Of a DNA stretch of 64,000 nucleotides, positions 26,273 through 38,762 are shown piece by piece (within the stretch, counting starts at the first letter, position 1; every line of letters starts with the position of its first letter). A model generated the notes under the pieces. That model made no database searches. It was given only the letters and a program-made list of their open reading frames with translations, and had not been told where the DNA came from. Position numbers and translations under genes: made by a program. The stretch is from Mytilus californianus (taxonomy: Eukaryota): NCBI RefSeq assembly GCF_021869535.1, contig NW_026262593.1, positions 44,640,001 through 44,704,000 of the forward strand. The letters run 5' to 3'.

Positions 26273-26353
26273 TTGATCATCTCAACGAGATTGATTTTCT
26301 CGCTTGAGGCGGTACGGCGAAAGTGAGAAAAGCAATCGAGTTGAGATGACCAA
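26273..26353. repeat. Imperfect long hairpin within a dispersed element
   Basis: TTGATCATCTCAAC..GATTGATTTTCTCGCTT pairs with AAGTGAGAAAAGCAATC..GTTGAGATGACCAA. Confidence 0.6.
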
Positions 26354-29300
26354 TGATAATCTGTTTATCGCTATTTTACCTATGACGACGTTCTCAATTT
26401 CATGTCAATTTCATTAGCAACGCCACGTGCCCCCTTAGTTTCGAGCGATAATATTTCATATCACTCGACTCCGCTAAATTAGATAATTATGGTGCACATA
26501 ATCGCTAGTGCACAAAATCGCACAGCGAATGGTACTGAGGCGAACGACAGTTCCTAGTTTATAAATGATTTTTACATTTTTCAAAACAGTATACACCTAC
26601 AAGAAGGAGCATTTATTTATCCATTCAAATAACTTGCAATTCGAAAACGTCCAAGTAAATGGTAACTATTACTGTTACTTTTTAAATGTAGACATAACTT
26701 TTTAATTTCACCGATTCATAAAATGAACTGTGTTTCAAAACCCTAGTAGCGCATTTGAAACAATATGGGTTTTAGATGTACATCGAAATCTGCGCCTTTA
26801 CGTACTTCTGGCGAGAACGGCATTCTAAACGAATATGATTAAAAAAAAAAAAAAAAAAAAAAAAACAATTATATCATTTTGTTTGTAGTTTTTCATGCAA
26901 GCGACCATAAATATCATTTAAAATATGGTAACTTGATATTTATATCCGTTGCATAAAGTTAAGTGCTAAAAATTCGGATGTGAAATTATCCCCAAATTAA
27001 AGAAATTAATATATCTTCCAGTTGATACGATATTCCAGAGCTTGCGCTTCCTATCATAATTTCCTTGATAGAGTATTTACAATATTGCTATTAAACATGT
27101 TAAATGAAGGATTCTAAGTGGTGAAGTTGAATCTATCCTTTTGAAAATTTTACTGACGCCATTAATAGTTGGTTGACCTTTTCCTGGATATAGGTTTCAC
27201 AGTTGACGATAGATAAATTCCAATTTGTCGTTACCGCAATCCCGTCCGTGTTTCCTCTCATAACATCGACGCATTTGTGTTTACATGAGCAACGCATGGG
27301 TGCCAGATTTGGAACGGGATCTGTGTTTCCTTCCTGAGCACCTGAGATCACTAACAGTTTTGTGTTGTTTTCTATGGTATCTTCCGCCTCTGTTTTTATG
27401 AAAATGAATATTTTTCTGTTCATATTTATGAGTGAGTTGATTATTTCATCTTACGAGCGAAAAGTTTAGAGGTACACTGAAAGAAACTAATTTGGTGATA
27501 TTCTATACAAAGCACAAAATATCCTCATTGACCTCAAAAGTTAACCATGCATACCTTTAAACAGACGAATTCACAAGGAATATAGTTACTATACTGTTGT
27601 CAAGTTATTAATCAATATTGATTCACTCATAGGGTTTTTGCATTGGAAATGAACACATTTACTCTAAAAATAGTTGTTGGCATAATACGGGTAATCTTCT
27701 TCTCTTTAATTTATGATGGCATGATACTAAACCACTAACGGGAGGGATTGTAGTTGATTTCATTTGATGAAGACAGAGTCTTTCGATCAGTTTAATGAAG
27801 GTCTGGAGCTGGCATGTCAGTAACTTCCAGTATTCCTTTGTTAATCTATGTTGATCATTGTCAATTGCTTAGTTTCTTTTGTTGCCTAACTATCAAATAT
27901 TGGACTCGAACTTATTTTAGAGTTTTACTGTGTGTTTTGCTGTGTGTTTGTTTGTTCTACATTCGGTAAATGTATAGGGGGTTGAGATCTCACAAAACAT
28001 GTTTAAATCCCGTCGCATGTTGGCGCCTGTCCTAAGTGAGGAACCTCTTGCCTTTGTTAGCCTTGTGTGCTTTTATACCGATTATCCCCTCTATCTAATT
28101 AAAACATTTTAAGCTGAGGCCCGCCTCCGGATGCGGGATTGTCTCGCTGCGTTGAAGACCCATTGTTTGTCTTGGGCTGTTTTCTGCTCTCTGGTCCGGT
28201 TGTTGTCTCTTTGAAACATTCCCCGTTCCCATTCTCTATTCTATTATACAGTTTTGACTTTCTCGTCTGATATTCTTATTCCTACATATTTTAAACAGTT
28301 TTGACGACTTTTCCGTCTGATATCATTATTGTAATATATTTATTCAGATTTGACTTTTCATCATAATATATCTATTTCTATGTGTTAATATTGTTATGAT
28401 TTTCATGGGTAATATTTTAAGCGAACCTGTTGAGGCTTAATGCAGAAAACGGTTAAGAAAGCAGGATATTTGGTATGTTTTGCTTTGACTCACTACAACT
28501 TTATCAATACCACTGCTTATGTTCAGCACAAGAATATATTTGTGATATCATCTAACCCCCGATTTTTGGTGGAGTTCGTATTGCTCAGTCTTTACTTTTT
28601 TATGTTGTGTTTTATGTACTGCTGTTTGTCTTTTCGTCGTTTTTGTTTTAAAGTTTTTTGCCTTTTCATTGTCAGTTTGCTTACAATTTATGAGTTTGAA
28701 TGTCCCTTTGGTATCTTTCGCCTCTATTTCATTTAGATAAATGTTCAAATGATAGTTTAAATAACGTTTACAAGATATAAGTTCAAATATTCATCAAACA
28801 AATTTCCTTTATTCATTTTTGATAAATTTCAGTTGTAAACTTGTGTTCCACCAAATATATCATCGTCAAATGATCATGGGTGCGGAAACTTGATATGGTT
28901 TACAACATACATTCTCATAAATTGACGTTCATAACTGAGGTTAAAAGGTTAAGACTCTTTTTAAGGTCACATAATGACAGCCTCGATATATTTATACCTT
29001 TGAGAAGAAAAGATGTAATGTATTAAATCCCTACACGCTAGTAAAAACCCAAACGAAAGAAAAAGAGTTTTTTGGCTGTTATTGTTTTCAAAGTCAAAAG
29101 TGGGGGATTCAACATCGAACAAAAACTCTCAATTTACTACAAGGTTGAATAGGCCCCTTGCACCGATTTCTTTGCCAGATGTCGATCACACTTTATCTGC
29201 CTATTGCATAATAAAGCTGCAAAAAATAACAAATGAATAGTCCAAAGAATTTTAATAATGTTAGAACACTTAAAAGGAAATAACTTATGAAAAGAGCAAA

Positions 29301-29898
29301 TCAGTATCTCTTGGAAGCTAACACAAAATGCAAACCCGATGGATAGAAATACCATTCATTCCTTCAAGTAAGGTATACATTAAAACTTTGCTGTTAAAAT
29401 CTAAGGTTATATTCCTTACTCACAGGTGTCGTTTTGTGAGAAAATTATAATTGATGTTTTTTTAACTAAATATTGCAATTTTCTTATGTTTTGTTTTAAG
29501 CAGTACTCATAAATACATGAATGTGTTGGAATTTTGATATAAATTAGATTAATTTTTATATCTTTAAATTTTGTACTACTTCTACATTGAACAACCGTGC
29601 AAACTAGATAGAGTTATAAATATACATGTTTGCTATTACTGTTTGAATATGACTGTGTGGTTAAAACTAGTTTATATGTAAAATGCATAACGTGGGAAAC
29701 GAATATTTCCTCAATCGTCGATTTTTAAAATGATTCACGTTTTACACAAGTATTTACTTCAATATAGGTATTTACCTTCGCCTACCCTAAATCACTCTTA
29801 TCAGTAAGAAAACGGGTATGAATAACAGTATATCGATTTGTGTGCAAATAAAACACACAAGAAGGGAAACATACGTAGATAATAATAACGACTTCAAA

Positions 29899-32800
29899 AT
29901 GGTGGGAACACTAATACATTTGTTGTTTATAATGCTGTTCGCTCAAAGTGTTTCAAGTGGACATTTCTTACACAGTAAGCAATAACTGATTATCTTCTTT
30001 CTCAACATATAGTTTATACGTATCTTCTTATTTAACGTTTACTGTTATAAAATTTCTTCATCATTTCAAATTAAGGAAATCCGGGTTTTGCTTTACATTT
30101 TGTCCTTTTTGGTAGGTTTTGGATTATCAAATATTTATGCCGCAACCATCACCGAAGATACATTAATTGACGAAATGCACATCCCATTCATTACAATTGA
30201 TACAGTTAATCTTGTAAATGTTATTTCCGATAATGTTTGGAGACAAAAACCAGTGTGATAAAGAACATTTGAATCATAATATCGGTTGAACATTTGTTAA
30301 ATTTTCGCTCTGAATAAAAAAATGTAGAGGAAATTTTAAAATCCCAAAACAATTATTAAACATTTTGTTTGCCCCTTGATAAATCTATAATACTGAAAGT
30401 ATGTTTGACCCTAAGTTCAATATTACTATTCGTTTGTGTCATGTGTGTATCGAAATTAAGTGTCATGGATCAATTTAAGAGAGATCCGAAAGATACCAAA
30501 GGGATAAACAAACACAACATAGAAATCAAAAGAATATATCCCTCCTTTTCCATTGTCTTATATTCACATTTTATGTGAGGGTTCGTCTTTCACAAACTTG
30601 TTGTCTGTGTAATCATTTATAGAATGTTGTTGTTATGATTGTCGTGGTTTAGTTTTGGCCATGGTGTTTTTTGTCGTCCTTTGACTGATATATTCGACTG
30701 TTCCTTATTATCGTCTTTCCCTTAAAAACAATTGGTATTACACAATATTTGTGTACGATATAAACAATCAATATGTATGTGCCCAAAAAACATGATCCTA
30801 GAATTAAAATCATACGGTTTTTTCGAGATCAAAAGTGAAGGAAGCAAAACAAACATCAGCGAGCTCCTAAACCAAAACAATATAAATTATTCAGCCAAAA
30901 TGTTCGTTGTTTTCATTTCAAACTACTTTTTGATAACACCTTGCATATTTCGTAAACTTGAAATTTTGAAGGTGTGCGTTATTTTTTCTTATAGGTTTTT
31001 ACTTGTTTTGTATTTACTTTTAATGCAACATGTGGTTTTTACGATTCAAATCTATTTATCTATATTATAACACATAATTATATTGCTATTTGTAGAAAAT
31101 ATATGCATGGATGCCGAAGTTGTCTTAAAATGTCCTCACAGACAGTATATTGCTATAACAAATATATTGTACAAATCAAATTGGAATATTTTTGAGTGGA
31201 AGTCATTTAAACCGATCTTTTGTAAAGCATTGACCCCCAACTGGGCTGATTGCAAATCCTCAATTTCATACAAATTCCTACAAGACCAGTGCAGGTGGGA
31301 AGATACATGTACAATAGTTATTGACTACAATCCATGCTCACAAGATCCTTTGTTGTATGCTTCTGTTTACTATAAATGTACAGGTATGCTTTATTTATGG
31401 ACTTCCTAGTAACTGTAATTGGTAGACATCATTTGAAAACATTACCGCAATTGATAGCTGCTAGTGTACAACAAGACCAGACCCGTTATAGCGAACGGCT
31501 GTCATGTTTGTAAAATCTACAGTAGACAAAGAAGCTTGATTTCGTTGTTAGGAAACAAACATTAACATAAAAAATCGATATCAATTAAAATAAAACGAAA
31601 CTCAACGTCCACGGTTTCCCTCTTCATCTTCACACAGTTACTATCATTGTTTTCATAGGGCAATGCAAGGTTCATGTTCGGAACCATATTGAAATATATT
31701 GGTTTAACTAATGTCATGCAATTATTTTATCACATAATCTATAATTATGTTTATAAAGAGATATATTCCTTCTGATAAGAAATCATCAAGTTTGTATGAT
31801 GTATGTTATTTATAAATTATATATGTTTGCATCAATCAAATTAAAATAAAACGAAATCCAACGTCCACGGCTTCCCTCTTCATCTTCACACAATTACTAT
31901 CATTGTTTTCATAGAGCAATACAAGGTTCATGTTCGGAACCATATTGAAATATATTGGTTTAACTAATGTCCTGCAATTATTTTATCACATAATCTATAA
32001 TTATGTTTATAAAGTGATATATTCCTTCTGATAAGAAATCATCAAGTTTGTATGATATTTGTTATTTATAAATTATATATGTTTGCATCAATCCTACACT
32101 AATCTAGTGTTTCGGCGGTATTTTTTTTATATATGATGAATAAAATATTGTGATAGGTCCGCCATTTTTCAGGGATTGTCCTATATACTTAAAAAAAATA
32201 TTGTTTCTTTACCTTGGTCGATGTCAGAATATCTGCTAAATTTCTGTGCCTTTTATAAGCAATCATCGGTGTTTTTGTAAATACTTCATTGCAAACCATA
32301 TTATTTCTTATGAGATGCCAATGTTTCAGAAGGTGTTTCCGTAATTTGCTTATGCAAGGGTTATATTAAGTAGCGATTACAAGAGGAATATCATCTTTAC
32401 TTTTCCCTTCCTTAGTTGAAAACAAATGTTGTTTTCTTTCCTTGGTTAAGGCTTCATTGAAGCAAGACATGATTTCAGTGTCATTGTAACCCCTATTTAT
32501 CAAATTCTGTTAGAATTTCTCTAAGGTCATTATCATTGTTTGTTGATCTTCTGTAACGAATTCCTTCTCCCCGGATAAATGCTTTAATCACAAGTCCTTA
32601 TGAGAGCTTTTTCTGTGCAAATATAGAAAAGAATTCGTTGGTTTGAAATGGGTTTTCATGTCTAATGTATTTTCTGCTTGAAATCTTCTGCCCTTGAATA
32701 AATGAACGTCTAGAAAAGTTGTGTTAGATTCTGAAATTTCATATGTGAATTTGAGAAATTTGTTGTGGCTATTAGCCAATTTAAAAAATACTTCTAATTC

Positions 32801-35800
32801 ATGTTTTTTACCGTGGTGAATTATTATTTCATCATCCATGTATCTGGCATAATAGGATATGTTTGTCTTGTAAGGAAATGACGAAAGAATTTCTTTCATT
32901 ATTTGATATACTCACTACAGCTGTGATGCACAAAACATGAGTTGTCGTCAATGCAGCCTCGGAAATTTAGAGACAATCTGAAACCAGGTGAGAGGTCAAG
33001 CATATCTTCACTTTTGCGAGACGAATCAATTCTTATTAAGAAAGCTGATAAAAGCAACAATGTTGTTATTCTCGATAAGAATATTTACTTATCCGAAGCT
33101 TAACGGCAATTACAATCGCATCATTACACAAGTCTTGACGGTTTTGACTTCAAGGTTTTCAGAAATAATATCAATGATTATGTCACTAGAATGCACATTC
33201 ATAAAGACATTGACAAAATTTCATTCAAATACATGATGAATGGCAATCAAAAAAATTACGGACCGGGACAAATGCATATATTACCGAAAATACATAAAAT
33301 AAATTTTGTAGATTATGACAATGTCATGAGTGTAGGATTTAATATTGATTTAATAGTTCCTCCAGGAAGACCTATGATTTCCCAGATTGGTACGATCACT
33401 GAATACATAGGTCGTTAGTTTGATTATTTCCTTGTGCCAATAGTTATAAAACACCATACTTTTATCAGAGATTTATCTGATTTTATACAAAAAATAGAAA
33501 CAAACCATTAGACAATTGCCTATTATGTAGTTTTGTTATAAGTCAGATGTTTACCAACTGTCCAATTGAAGAAATTCTTTTAGCAGTAAGAGCAGCATAT
33601 GATGCATATGATAAATCGCATTACAATATAAAATATCCCTCTACAGATGATTTAGTATCCCTCTTTGTTCTGCAATATAATATCTTTGAATTTAATGATC
33701 AATTATATCAACAATGTTTAGGTTCCGCAATTGGGGCCTGCTGTGCACCAGCATGTTGTAATATTTTATTATATCAAATAATGAAAGAAATGCTTTCGTC
33801 ATTTCCTTACAAGACAAACATATTTTATTATGCCAGATACATAGATGATGGAATAATAATTCACCACGGTAAAAAACATGAATTAGAAGAATGTTTTGAA
33901 TTGGCTAATTGCCACCACAAATTTCTCAAATTCACATATGAAATTTCAGAATCTAACACAACTTTTCTAGACGTTCATTTATTCAAGGGCAGAAGATTTC
34001 AAGCAGATAATATATTAGACATGAAAACCCATTTCAAACCAACGAAATAATTTCTATATTTGCACAGAAATAGCTCTCATAAGGAGTACGTGTTTAAAGC
34101 ATTTATCCGGGGGGAATTAATTCGTTACAGAAGATCAACAAACAATGATAATGACCTTAGAGAAATTCTCTTAAAGTTCAAACAGAATTTGATAAATAGG
34201 GGTTACAATGACACTGAAATCATGTCTTGCTTCAATGAGGCCTTAACCAAGGAAAGAAAACATTTGCTTTCAACTAAGGAAGGGAAACCTAAAGCGGATA
34301 TTCCTCTTGTAATGGCTACTAAATATAATCCTTGCATAAGCAAATTACGGAAACACCTTCTGAAACATTGGCATCTCATAAGAGATAATGTGGTTTGCAA
34401 TGAAGTAATCACAAAAACACCGATGATTGCTTATAAAAGGCACAGAAATTTATCAGATATTCTGACATCGACCAAGGTAAAGAAACAATATTTTTTTCAA
34501 ATATATAGGACAATCCCTGATGATGGCGGACCTATACATGCAATATAACAATATTTTATTCATCATATACAAAAAATACCGCCGAAACACTAGATTAGTG
34601 TAGGATTGATGCAAACATATATAATTTATAAATAACATATATCATACAAACTTGATGATTTCTTATCAGAAGGAATCTATCTCTTTATAAAAATAATTAT
34701 AGATTATGTGATAAAATAATTGCAGGACATTAGTTAAACCAATATATTTCAATATGGTTCCTAACATGAACCTTGCATTGCTCTATGAAAACAATGAGAG
34801 TAATTGTGTGAAGATGAAGAGGGAAGCCGTGGACACGTTGAGTTTCGTTTTATTTTAATTACTATTTCTAAAGTAGTTGTTAGAGAGGAATGGAGGAATA
34901 TGTAAACTACTAAGTTGTGTATCCATCAGAATACATTCATTAATATTTCATGCTTACAATTGAAATCTGAGAATCGATTTTTTAAATGTATAGGTTTAAT
35001 TTTTTCAGATTTCAAATATCTATGTACAAATACAATTACACTTTGATTCAAACATACGATTAGAATGAAGTGAACGAGGTTGATCCATGTTAAAGATCTC
35101 ACTGAATCTTTGTTATGCAGAACAGGAACGAGTGCGCCATGCGCTTGCTTTTGGATTTGTGTACATGTGGTGATTATGTGTCAAGAAGCACCATATCCAT
35201 GTATTCAATAATAGAATATTATAACGATGAAAAATATCACACTAAACTTGATTATTGGGAATGTATCGTTTTATATCTTTAAATGAAAACTCAGTGTACA
35301 AAACAAGTCCATTTAATGCATCCAAAATCCAGATCAGTCCAAAGATTTGTCTTTTATGAACCAAATGGAAAAATTTTAGCTTGTATGTATCATTCTTTTG
35401 CAATAATATCAACCTGCTATTAAAAATTTCAATGTTATAGTTATTTATATAAAAATAAGGAGATGCGGTATGATTGCCAATGAGACAACATTGTTCAAAT
35501 AAAGATGATGTAGCATATTTTTCGAATTGACGGCTTTTATTATAGTTTTCGAAATATTATTTTTTGTACATACACATACATGTTTGAACCTTAAGTTTAT
35601 TTAAAAATTCGTACCTTAAATGTATTTTTAGACACAGTATATGAACAAGTTGTTCCTTATCCACTTATAAAATACTACGGCAATGGTGTACCACCAACTA
35701 CATCTACAAAGAATCGTATGTATATCATTTAAAATTGTAATAAAAACTCAATTTAAACCGTCAATGTTATGAAATATATAACACAGATAGAATTCATGTT

Positions 35801-38762
35801 AGGCTTGTTTTGACGTATACATTAATGTATTAAAAAATTTGCATATCCCTTCCTGCTACGAAATGGGCGTATATGAATATATCTCACAAAAGACAGAACG
35901 TAAGGGGACGACCGTTTGATATTCTGAGAAGGGGAGGGGTATATTTTGTGAATTGACTATGAATGTTCATTTGATGCTACGCACTGTTTTTTTAAATAGC
36001 GCGAAAATTTATTTTCATGTATGTACACAACTGTTTCCTGCATTTTGGTTTGCACAATAAGATTAATATCTGACTTTTATGGTACGCTACTGAAGCACGG
36101 ATAATCATCCAAATATAAGTGAGTTCCCCGGTTCTATCACTGATCTATTTCTATTTGAATGTGAATTTGTGTAATTTAAGATATACAACGTTCTACATTG
36201 TAATCCCTTATTTTTCCATGGTTTTGTTAATAGAAAAACCTAATAACATTTAATAGTTAAGATAATAAAGCGCTTCAAATTGTTCTGTTCTTTTACATCC
36301 TTGGCTTTCAAATACTCGTTTTTGAGCGTTGCTGATGAAGGTAAATCTAGAAATAAGCGCTTCGGACGCATGAAATTTATAAAGTGTTGTATTCATTCGT
36401 TTTGAGCATTTCGAAATAAGTTTATAAAATTAAACATCTTATTTCAAAACTGTTTGAATTGATATATTTATATATATTTATTTATATTAAGCTGATACAT
36501 CATCACCTCATAAGCACCATAAAAAAGATGATGATGATAATGATGATGATGATGATGACGACGACGACGACAACGATAAACAATTCCACAACGAAAGCCA
36601 AAACAGCAAATCATGTGTGTGAACTTTTATTTGGTAGATGCAAAATACGCAAATTGTTATACGCGAATAGTGTTTTCTATATTAATGTAGGGTATGAAAC
36701 ATTGACCTATTAGCTGCCTTTGAATTTATTCCACAATTTAAAGAAATTTAAGTCAAGCATCGTTTTGCATAGTAATTCCGTATTTATATATATATTATTA
36801 GTATATTCCTTTATACTATTGAATAGTTCGGGTAGTCAACACAGGCAACAACGTTATGCAATGCAATAGTAAGTAGACAACATAATACAACTTTTCTGTA
36901 AATTTCCGTTTCATGAATTATGTAATTTAAAAAAGAACTGAGGTCACAGGTCCTTCGGGAAAAAAACCTAAGACGGGTTTGATTGGTTTAAGGGGAAGTT
37001 CATGCTTTCAAAGATTTTGTGTTTCGAGATGATTCACGAAAAATATGTCGTTAGCACGGAAATCGCTCGTTTAACAATTCATATGCACGTTCAAATATGT
37101 AAACACTAAACATATGGGAAGACAAAATAGTCTGTGTAAGGGAACTGTTGTTTAATTGTTCAGACAAATAATGCAAAGAAAAGTTATATTTATATAATTC
37201 TAAGAAGTTAACTAGTGTCATCTGAATCATATCCCGAATCTTGTTAGTTATAGTATTTTTTCTTAATTCACTTTAATCACATCATAATATATATTGACAA
37301 ATTTGTCAGTAAATTCTAAAGTTTTATTATGTTTTTCAGTAAAAATTGGACTAGGGACAGCTTTAGGCATTACATCGATGATAGCGATCATTGCTTTGAT
37401 TTGTATTCTTAAATTCAGGTAAGTCTATTAGTTCACTTTTCTTAATTTATGAATTTTTGGTGATCGTTATGAAAAAAAATATTGCACATAAAAAAGACAA
37501 GACGCACAATAATCCCAAATACAAAACATTTACATAAAAGTAAAAAACAAACCTGAACTCCACAGAAAAAAAAACTGTTCTGAATTAAGTATAACTGAAC
37601 GATAACTAGTTCTTTTTCAACACGTGGCGCATATCCTGTTGATTATGACATGCACTTTTGTGGAAGATAGCATTCGGAGATTAAAAATTAAAAGTCAATA
37701 AATATATTTATCATTCAAGTTATTTTGTTAATGTATATCCAGAATATATAAAAATATTAATGCAGTCATTTGTCATAAAAAGACAAACTGAGTGTTGACC
37801 AATACACTAAATTACACATTACATGTGTTGCGGCTTTTGCGCTTTTCTGGATTGGTATTAAACAAGAGCACTCTAACCCAATAAAATTTAAAAATATTTT
37901 TACTTTCTAGAAAATGATGGGAGCTATATTTATATGACCAAAACGAAGAGTGATTTGTATTAAATTATTTTGGTTTGTGTTGACACTATCAAAATGAGGC
38001 GGAAGATACCACGGGAACATTTAAAACCTATAAGTCGGTATTTAGCTGAAATTGCCATTGCAAAAGCAAATTCACAACAAAAAGACAAAAATATTTAAAA
38101 AAAAAACGAAAATTGTAAACTAAAGATTGATTAATATAAGACTGAACAATGTCGATTTTGGCATTGTGATATCTGAATACTATTTTCTTTTCAAGCAATG
38201 TTCTGACCGTCATACTTTGTTTCTAACAATTGCCAACTTTTTGATAGAGAAATTGATATATTTTTATCTTGTAAAGATATCATAAAATAGCTAGAATACG
38301 TAGGAATAAAGGGGATAATATAATATTGAGCTAAGGTTTTTACTTCAGCTCGTTTTGTTGTATTCTTTAAAAGGTTATTGTTCAAATATCATAAAAATGA
38401 TAATTTCTGTGGATGTTTTGTTTATTATCAAAATTTGTTCTGATAATAAATGCATATAGATCTTGTAATAAACGAAATATTTGTATTTAAGTATATAATA
38501 TTTTGCAATATTGTCTAGGAAGAAGAAAGGTGAACCAAGACCAAACCCAACGCCCCACAACAACCATCTGATTTATGATAATGATCACGGTTTTCAAAAC
38601 CCATGTTTATACCAGATTTCAGTTTCAAATCCAGGATATAGCCTAACAATGGTAGACAGCGTAGATACAGCTAGCGACATCGACAATGTTTTGCCTTCAT
38701 ATGAAGAAGCCGTCGGAAACACGTACGAACAGGTGAACTATAGAACTTCAAAAGCAACATAA
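29899..38762 (+). CDS. Gene C: type I membrane protein with SUEL-like ectodomain and long poly-Asp stalk (297 aa)
   Basis: Exons 29899-29974, 31096-31383, 35632-35715, 36492-36614, 37340-37418, 38519-38762. All are GT-AG with the same phases as gene A and give an 894-nt open frame. ORF-track hits 31083-31409 and 38511-38762 are exons 2 and 6. Confidence 0.85.
31096..31383 (+). CDS. Gene C exon 2: SUEL-type lectin-like domain
   Basis: KNICMDAEVVLKCPHRQYIAITNILYK...CKALTPNWADCKSSISYKFLQDQCRWEDTCTIVIDYNPCSQDPLLYASVYYKCT; the same 8 Cys as gene A. Confidence 0.75.
32089..32178 (-). ncRNA. Mutated hammerhead copy in the inverted PLE arm
   Basis: Same stems as the + copy, but the core reads CTGAAAAAT instead of CTGATGAT (G8 lost), so it is probably inactive. 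Confidence 0.65.
32200..32910 (-). pseudogene. Second, inverted partial copy of the same RT (YARYMDD through thumb and C-terminus)
   Basis: ORF 32899-32588 aligns with ORF 33547-34050 (YARYMDD vs YARYIDD; ANSHNK vs ANCHHK). Confidence 0.85.
32911..34490 (+). pseudogene. Degenerate PLE-type reverse transcriptase, 5'-truncated
   Basis: Motifs across stops/frameshifts: NLKPGE..IKKADKSNNVVILD..EA*RQL, GQMHILPKIHK, PPGRPMIS, QCLGSAIGACCAP, YARYIDD, TTFLDV, KPT..YLHRNSSH..KAFIRGELIRY, KRHRNLSDIL. No GIY-YIG domain downstream. Confidence 0.9.
34511..34608 (+). ncRNA. Type I hammerhead ribozyme at the 3' end of the PLE
   Basis: Stem I CAATCC (34511-16)/GGATTG (34603-08); core CTGATGA (34517-23) plus one bulged T; stem II GGCGG/CCGCC; GAAA (34584-87); stem III CACTA-gat-TAGTG; predicted cleavage after GTA at 34602. 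Confidence 0.8.

Larger units (their letters stand above)
31583..34860. mobile_element. Penelope-like retroelement (PLE) insertion: two head-to-head copies forming long inverted arms, in intron 2 of gene C
   Basis: 31583-32910 is the diverged reverse complement of 33770-34860, and the left end carries an extra ~255-bp tandem unit (31583-31837). PLE-type RT motifs and a hammerhead are present. Confidence 0.9.

Noticed and set aside
36459-36713. Thr/Met-rich mucin-like ORF (…KKMMMIMMMMMMTTTTT…) as the receptor stalk
   Set aside because: It needs phase-0 junctions. Flanking exons are phase 1, the next exon would begin with TAA, and gene A has a TAG in this frame. The Asp-rich frame is the consistent one.
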